Source: an uncultured virus (IMG/VR IMGVR_UViG_3300025120_014716) (Duplodnaviria; Heunggongvirae; Uroviricota; Caudoviricetes). Taken from it: a DNA stretch of 64,000 bases. This document shows, one piece after another, positions 60,028 through 64,000 of this stretch (the first letter of the stretch is position 1; each line of letters opens with the position of its first letter). Made by a program: the position numbers and the translations under genes. A model generated the notes under the pieces. That model saw nothing but the letters and a program-made list of their open reading frames with translations, did not search any database and was not told the origin of the DNA. The stretch is from IMG/VR virus record IMGVR_UViG_3300025120_014716; one strand, written 5' to 3'.

Positions 60028-60317
60028 AGTGGTTTATAGCATCATATTGTGTATTTATATTCTTTTCAACAGGCATTGAGGTTCCTTTTTACAATGTAGG
60101 GGTAAAAGAAGATGTCCAGGAGGTTTACAATCCAATGCCAAGGCTAAAAAAGATGGTTGGTATTCCAGACAGTGCAAATTTCCAGGATCATAGGTATTGT
60201 ACAATAGGATGGGAAAAGAGAGTAAAATTTGTTTTAGATAGTTTGCAAAAAAATATTGATAAAAGGAGAAAAATTAAAAGAGATTTATTAAATTTAAAGA
60301 GCAAAGATCCAATCTAA
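60024..60317 (+). CDS. Hypothetical protein with N-terminal signal/TM segment
   Basis: MKWFIASYCVFIFFSTG. Confidence 0.5.
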   Translation: MKWFIASYCVFIFFSTGIEVPFYNVGVKEDVQEVYNPMPRLKKMVGIPDSANFQDHRYCTIGWEKRVKFVLDSLQKNIDKRRKIKRDLLNLKSKDPI

Positions 60318-60319
60318 AA

Positions 60320-60568
60320 ATGACCAGAGAATTATTCAAATTAGACTCTACTATCTCATGGGGAAAACATGAGGGTCAAACCATAAAATACATAATAGAT
60401 AACGAAATAAGCTACATTAAATTGTTAGTTGAGGATGTTACATGGTTTGAATTGGACCGTAAGTCATGGGAGTGCTATATTAAAAAGAGTAGGGACCTGG
60501 ACAAATTTAACAGATCTAAAAATATTGAAAAACAAAAAAGGAGCATAAATTATGGAGAAGGATATTAA
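60320..60568 (+). CDS. Small protein with FGK[HY]xG-type motif (ExoX C-terminal/DUF3820-like)
   Basis: ISWGKHEGQTIKYIIDNEISYIKLL. Confidence 0.55.
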   Translation: MTRELFKLDSTISWGKHEGQTIKYIIDNEISYIKLLVEDVTWFELDRKSWECYIKKSRDLDKFNRSKNIEKQKRSINYGEGY

Positions 60569-60710
60569 TGGTACAGAACTTATGACAGAAAACTCAAGTT
60601 TTATAAAAGGTTTTCCATGCCTGGAAGTAAGTGTTGGGCATGTGCCAGATTATAATGAAGAGGAAGAGTCTGAGGTTCCAGGAAATTGGTACCATCCTTT
60701 GAAGGATTAA
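60552..60710 (+). CDS. Small acidic hypothetical protein (52 aa; not in ORF track)
   Basis: Open frame overlapping the previous gene end. Confidence 0.4.
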   Translation: MEKDINGTELMTENSSFIKGFPCLEVSVGHVPDYNEEEESEVPGNWYHPLKD

Positions 60711-60811
60711 ATAATATTACATAATATAGTTTTAACTGCAAATGCTTAACGGTGTATGTTAGTAATGGGAGAGTAACTCAAAAAGTTTCTTGTTTTGTTT
60801 GTTTATAGTTT

Positions 60812-60845
60812 AGAGGGGCATTATGTTTGGTGCCTCTCTTTTTTT
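60812..60845 (+). terminator. Intrinsic terminator
   Basis: AGAGGGGCA-10nt-TGCCTCTCT followed by a T run. Confidence 0.75.
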
Positions 60846-60869
60846 ATTAAATAATTACCATTTAATGCT

Positions 60870-60898
60870 TAAACTTTAAAGTTTATTATTTATATTTG
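60870..60898 (+). promoter_or_regulatory. Perfect 16-bp palindrome plus Bacteroidota -7 box
   Basis: TAAACTTTAAAGTTTA, 5 nt, TATATTTG. Confidence 0.65.
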
Positions 60899-60927
60899 AT
60901 GTTATTATACACATAAGATCTAAAGGT

Positions 60928-62379
60928 ATGAGTAAAAGCTATCCAAAGTATGTGGACCAGGACAACAAAGAAATGGTTCAAATTTATAATTCATTGGAAG
61001 ATGGGAGTGAAAGCATCTTATTATTGGGAAAGGCAGGGTCAGGTAAGACAACCTTTTTGCAAAATTACATAAAAGATAAGTTTTCAAAAAGCATAGTTAC
61101 AATTGCACCAACAGGAATTGCTGCATTAAATGCAGGAGGTCAAACCATACATAAGTTTTTTGGATTTTCGTTTGAACCAAAGGTTCCAAATGACAGTGCA
61201 TCACTTGGAAGGGTTAAGGGTTCAAATGTTGGAGTTATTGAGGGCATGGACATCCTGGTAATTGATGAGGTAAGTATGGTAAGGGCAGACTTGCTTGATG
61301 CAATAGATTATACAATGAGGTCAATAAGGATCAATGATTCACCATTTGGAGGTGTTAAGGTATTGATGGTTGGTGATCCTTACCAACTTTCACCAGTGTA
61401 TAAGTTTGAGGAAAAGAAGGTTTTGTCAAAGCATTATAAGGATCTTAACTTTTTTGATGCAAAAGTATTCCAGGGTGACATAAAGTGTATAGAGTTAAAA
61501 AAAGTTTACAGGCAAAATGACCAGGAGTTTCTGGACATATTAAACAACATAAGATTAAATAGGGATGTGTTTAAAAGCGTAACTAAATTAAACAAAACTT
61601 GCATACATAGGGAGTTGGAAGGTGCAGCCATTGAACTTGCACCAACAAACGCAGTAGCAAAGGAAATTAATTCCAGGCACTTGTATGAACTTACAACAAA
61701 CGAGTATGATTTTTCAGGATCATTCCAGGGAGAGTTTGATAAAAATTCACTTCCAACAGATGAGGTGTTAAAGTTAAAGGTAGGCTCTCAGGTTATGTTT
61801 GTTAAAAATGACCAGGAGGAAAGATATGTTAATGGAACTATAGGAATAGTAAAAGAAATATCCAATGGTATTGATCCATACATTAAGGTCCAGGTCTCAG
61901 ATGATAAGGAATTGATTAAGGTGGGAAGGCATATGTGGGAGAACTTTCAATATAAGTCAGTAAAAGGAAGGGTTGAGAAAAAAATAACAGGATCATTCAC
62001 TCAAATACCTTTAAAATTAGCCTGGGCAGTTACCATACATAAAAGCCAGGGTTTGACCTTTGATAAAATGAGGCTAAACATGGGTAAGGGTATGTTTAAT
62101 GCAGGGCAATTGTATGTGGCATTATCCAGGTGTAAAACATTAGAGGGACTTTCTATCATTGGAAGGATCAGACCATCAGATGTCAAGTCAGTAGATGTAA
62201 TAAATGAATTTATTGTAAAGACAAAGAGAGGTGAAATAAACCTGGCTAAGATGTCAGAGGAGGAAAGAGTGGTCCAGGAGTTTATTGATGAAACACAGCC
62301 ATCAGAATGGGCATTAGAAAACGGTGTTATGATTGAGCACTTAGTTGATTTTTATAAATATATAAATTCAAGATTATGA
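60928..62379 (+). CDS. Pif1/RecD-like SF1B helicase
   Basis: GKAGSGKT, APTGIAALN.GGQTIH, IDEVSM, GDPYQL, YRQ, AWAVTIHKSQGLT, YVALSR. Confidence 0.92.
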   Translation: MSKSYPKYVDQDNKEMVQIYNSLEDGSESILLLGKAGSGKTTFLQNYIKDKFSKSIVTIAPTGIAALNAGGQTIHKFFGFSFEPKVPNDSASLGRVKGSNVGVIEGMDILVIDEVSMVRADLLDAIDYTMRSIRINDSPFGGVKVLMVGDPYQLSPVYKFEEKKVLSKHYKDLNFFDAKVFQGDIKCIELKKVYRQNDQEFLDILNNIRLNRDVFKSVTKLNKTCIHRELEGAAIELAPTNAVAKEINSRHLYELTTNEYDFSGSFQGEFDKNSLPTDEVLKLKVGSQVMFVKNDQEERYVNGTIGIVKEISNGIDPYIKVQVSDDKELIKVGRHMWENFQYKSVKGRVEKKITGSFTQIPLKLAWAVTIHKSQGLTFDKMRLNMGKGMFNAGQLYVALSRCKTLEGLSIIGRIRPSDVKSVDVINEFIVKTKRGEINLAKMSEEERVVQEFIDETQPSEWALENGVMIEHLVDFYKYINSRL

Positions 62380-62777
62380 TTATTGAGGAAAATGGTATTT
62401 TAGCAGTGTCTATTGCATCACTTGTAGGATTATCAATTGGAGTATTTTTGGTAGAAAGGGAAAGGTACCTGGAGAAAAAATACTATGTGTCAAATTGGAA
62501 GGTTGCATACAACCATGAGGGTAGGTCCTTTAAGGATGCACTTTATAGGGCAGATGTCCATGTACCAGTGCATACTGTTAAAATAGAGTTAACTTATATT
62601 TACAATAAGGAAGAGGTTTCTGGAGTGTTTGTAAAAGCCAGAGATACAGGTTTATGGATGGACCACTATACAGGAGATCCAGTAAGAGCAGATGATGAAA
62701 ATTTATCAGATATTCTTGATTATATTACTCACAGCAGCAGTGGAGATTTTAACGGAAACAAGGAATTTAACTTTTAA
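62376..62777 (+). CDS. Hypothetical membrane-anchored protein
   Basis: N-terminal hydrophobic helix ILAVSIASLVGLSIGVFLV. Confidence 0.55.
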   Translation: MIIEENGILAVSIASLVGLSIGVFLVERERYLEKKYYVSNWKVAYNHEGRSFKDALYRADVHVPVHTVKIELTYIYNKEEVSGVFVKARDTGLWMDHYTGDPVRADDENLSDILDYITHSSSGDFNGNKEFNF

Positions 62778-62789
62778 TAATTTAACTTT

Positions 62790-63296
62790 ATGGTTTTAGA
62801 ATTAGAAAATTTGGAAAAGACAATATCTGCAATATTGGAGGCAGATCCAGGTTGTATAAAAAATGATCAGATGCTACACATAGCAGTATGGGCAGAGCAA
62901 AATAATTCTCTGACAGATGAAGGTAGGTTGTCAATTGACTTTATAAGAGATTATACAGGTGGTTTTTATGTTAGTACTGAGGTAATTAATAAAGTTAAAA
63001 AAAGACTTGTAAGCAAGGGAAGGCTAAAAGAGAACAGTCACTTTCATGGTCATACATATGATAAGAATAGAGATCATGTGAGGTTAACTAAAAAGATAAA
63101 AGAGTTGTATGATTTGATGAAGGATGGCACCTGGAGAACAGTTGCTGAGATCCATGAAATATTGGGTCATAAACATTCAACAATAGATGCAAACCTTAGA
63201 AATTTGAGAAGGGAGGACAAAGGCTATCACCAGACTCCAGGTAGAAAAAGGAATGGAATAGGTGACTTTGAATACAAATTAATTCCAAATGAGTGA
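62790..63296 (+). CDS. Protein with C-terminal winged-helix domain
   Basis: LMKDGTWRTVAEI..ILG...STIDANLRNLRR...EYKL. Confidence 0.6.
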   Translation: MVLELENLEKTISAILEADPGCIKNDQMLHIAVWAEQNNSLTDEGRLSIDFIRDYTGGFYVSTEVINKVKKRLVSKGRLKENSHFHGHTYDKNRDHVRLTKKIKELYDLMKDGTWRTVAEIHEILGHKHSTIDANLRNLRREDKGYHQTPGRKRNGIGDFEYKLIPNE

Positions 63297-63385
63297 GACA
63301 GAGAAGAGAGTGATGAACAGGTGTATATATTTATTAATCCTGGTTGCCATGATCGTAAGACTGAGTATAGTTTAATTAGTAGTGA

Positions 63386-63976
63386 ATGAAATTTTTGAGA
63401 AAGACAAAATACTATGATGGAATAGTATTTGAGTGGAATTTACCAAGTGGATCTTCATGTCCATCAGCATTAGAGTGTTTGGTAAAAGTGGACAGGAAAA
63501 CAGGAAAGTTCAACAACAAAAGTAAGGCATACAGGTGCTATTCAGCTATGCAGGAGAGGTTCCCTGCAGTAAGAGAGCACAGGTGGAAAAACTTTGACTA
63601 CCTGAGAGCAGGTGGTATTCCAGAAATACCTGCAAAGGCAAAACACATAAGGATCCATATGAGTGGAGATTTTTATTCCCAGGATTATTTTGACATGTGG
63701 TTAAAATTGTGTGCAGAGCATCCAGATGTGGAGTTTTGGGCATATACTAAAAGTCTTAACTATTGGATAAAAAGCATAAACAATGTACCAGATAATTTGA
63801 CAATTACAGCAAGTAAGGGAGGAAAGCATGATCACCTTATTGATGAACATAACCTTAAGTATGTTGAAATAATAAAAAAACCTGAACAGGCAAAAGGTAG
63901 ACCAATTGATGAAAAGGACAGAGAGGCAAGAAAGCCAGATGTAAACTTTTGCTTATTAGATAATTTTGCAAAATAA
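63386..63976 (+). CDS. GP88-like (radical-SAM-related) protein
   Basis: WNLP.G.SCP....C...CY, RIHMSGDFYS..Y...W, FWAYTKS. Confidence 0.7.
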   Translation: MKFLRKTKYYDGIVFEWNLPSGSSCPSALECLVKVDRKTGKFNNKSKAYRCYSAMQERFPAVREHRWKNFDYLRAGGIPEIPAKAKHIRIHMSGDFYSQDYFDMWLKLCAEHPDVEFWAYTKSLNYWIKSINNVPDNLTITASKGGKHDHLIDEHNLKYVEIIKKPEQAKGRPIDEKDREARKPDVNFCLLDNFAK

Positions 63977-64000
63977 TTTAAAACATAAGATAGTAATGGA

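Noticed and set aside
777..63743. Many short minus-strand or alternate-frame ORFs in the track overlapping long + strand genes
   Set aside because: Shadow ORFs of well-supported genes; only 56762-57256 and 57299-57565 are credible minus-strand genes
1..64000. Stop-codon reassignment as in some Bacteroidota phages
   Set aside because: Long conserved genes are intact in code 11, and TAG and TGA occur at sensible gene ends
1..64000. Prophage or bacterial chromosome context
   Set aside because: No integrase, att site or host housekeeping synteny; content is continuous phage modules

Overview
A 64-kb segment of a large lytic myovirus (contractile-tailed dsDNA phage), almost entirely coding on the + strand in standard genetic code. 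The host is most likely a Bacteroidota species, judged from TTTG-N19-TAnnTTTG promoters, A-rich start regions without Shine-Dalgarno motifs, and a DUF5675-like gene. About 1.3-34.4 kb is a virion module whose head and neck proteins resemble those of SPO1/Twort/A511-type phages: prohead protease/scaffold, major capsid, neck, sheath, tube, tape measure, baseplate and fibres. About 34.5-64 kb is a replication/recombination module: DnaQ-like exonuclease, terminase large subunit, DnaB-like helicase, primase, DnaE, UvsY/gp32-like proteins, SbcD, RecA, SbcC, RuvC, RNase H, a Pif1-like helicase and a GP88-like protein. The most notable observations: (1) two adjacent structured non-coding RNA candidates after recA, a ~205-nt multi-helix RNA with a possible kissing loop and a ~142-nt expanded tRNA-like RNA, which share a 10-nt complementarity; (2) a pseudoknot-capable leader plus a complementary upstream small-RNA candidate in front of a tandem winged-helix gene and RNase H; (3) strong CG depletion together with strong CCWGG enrichment; (4) a Nudix enzyme flanked by putative prohead-protease sites; (5) a ThyA homologue missing its catalytic residues; (6) a palindromic operator at fixed spacing from promoter boxes. 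All calls come from motif recognition and manual base-pairing; no searches were run.
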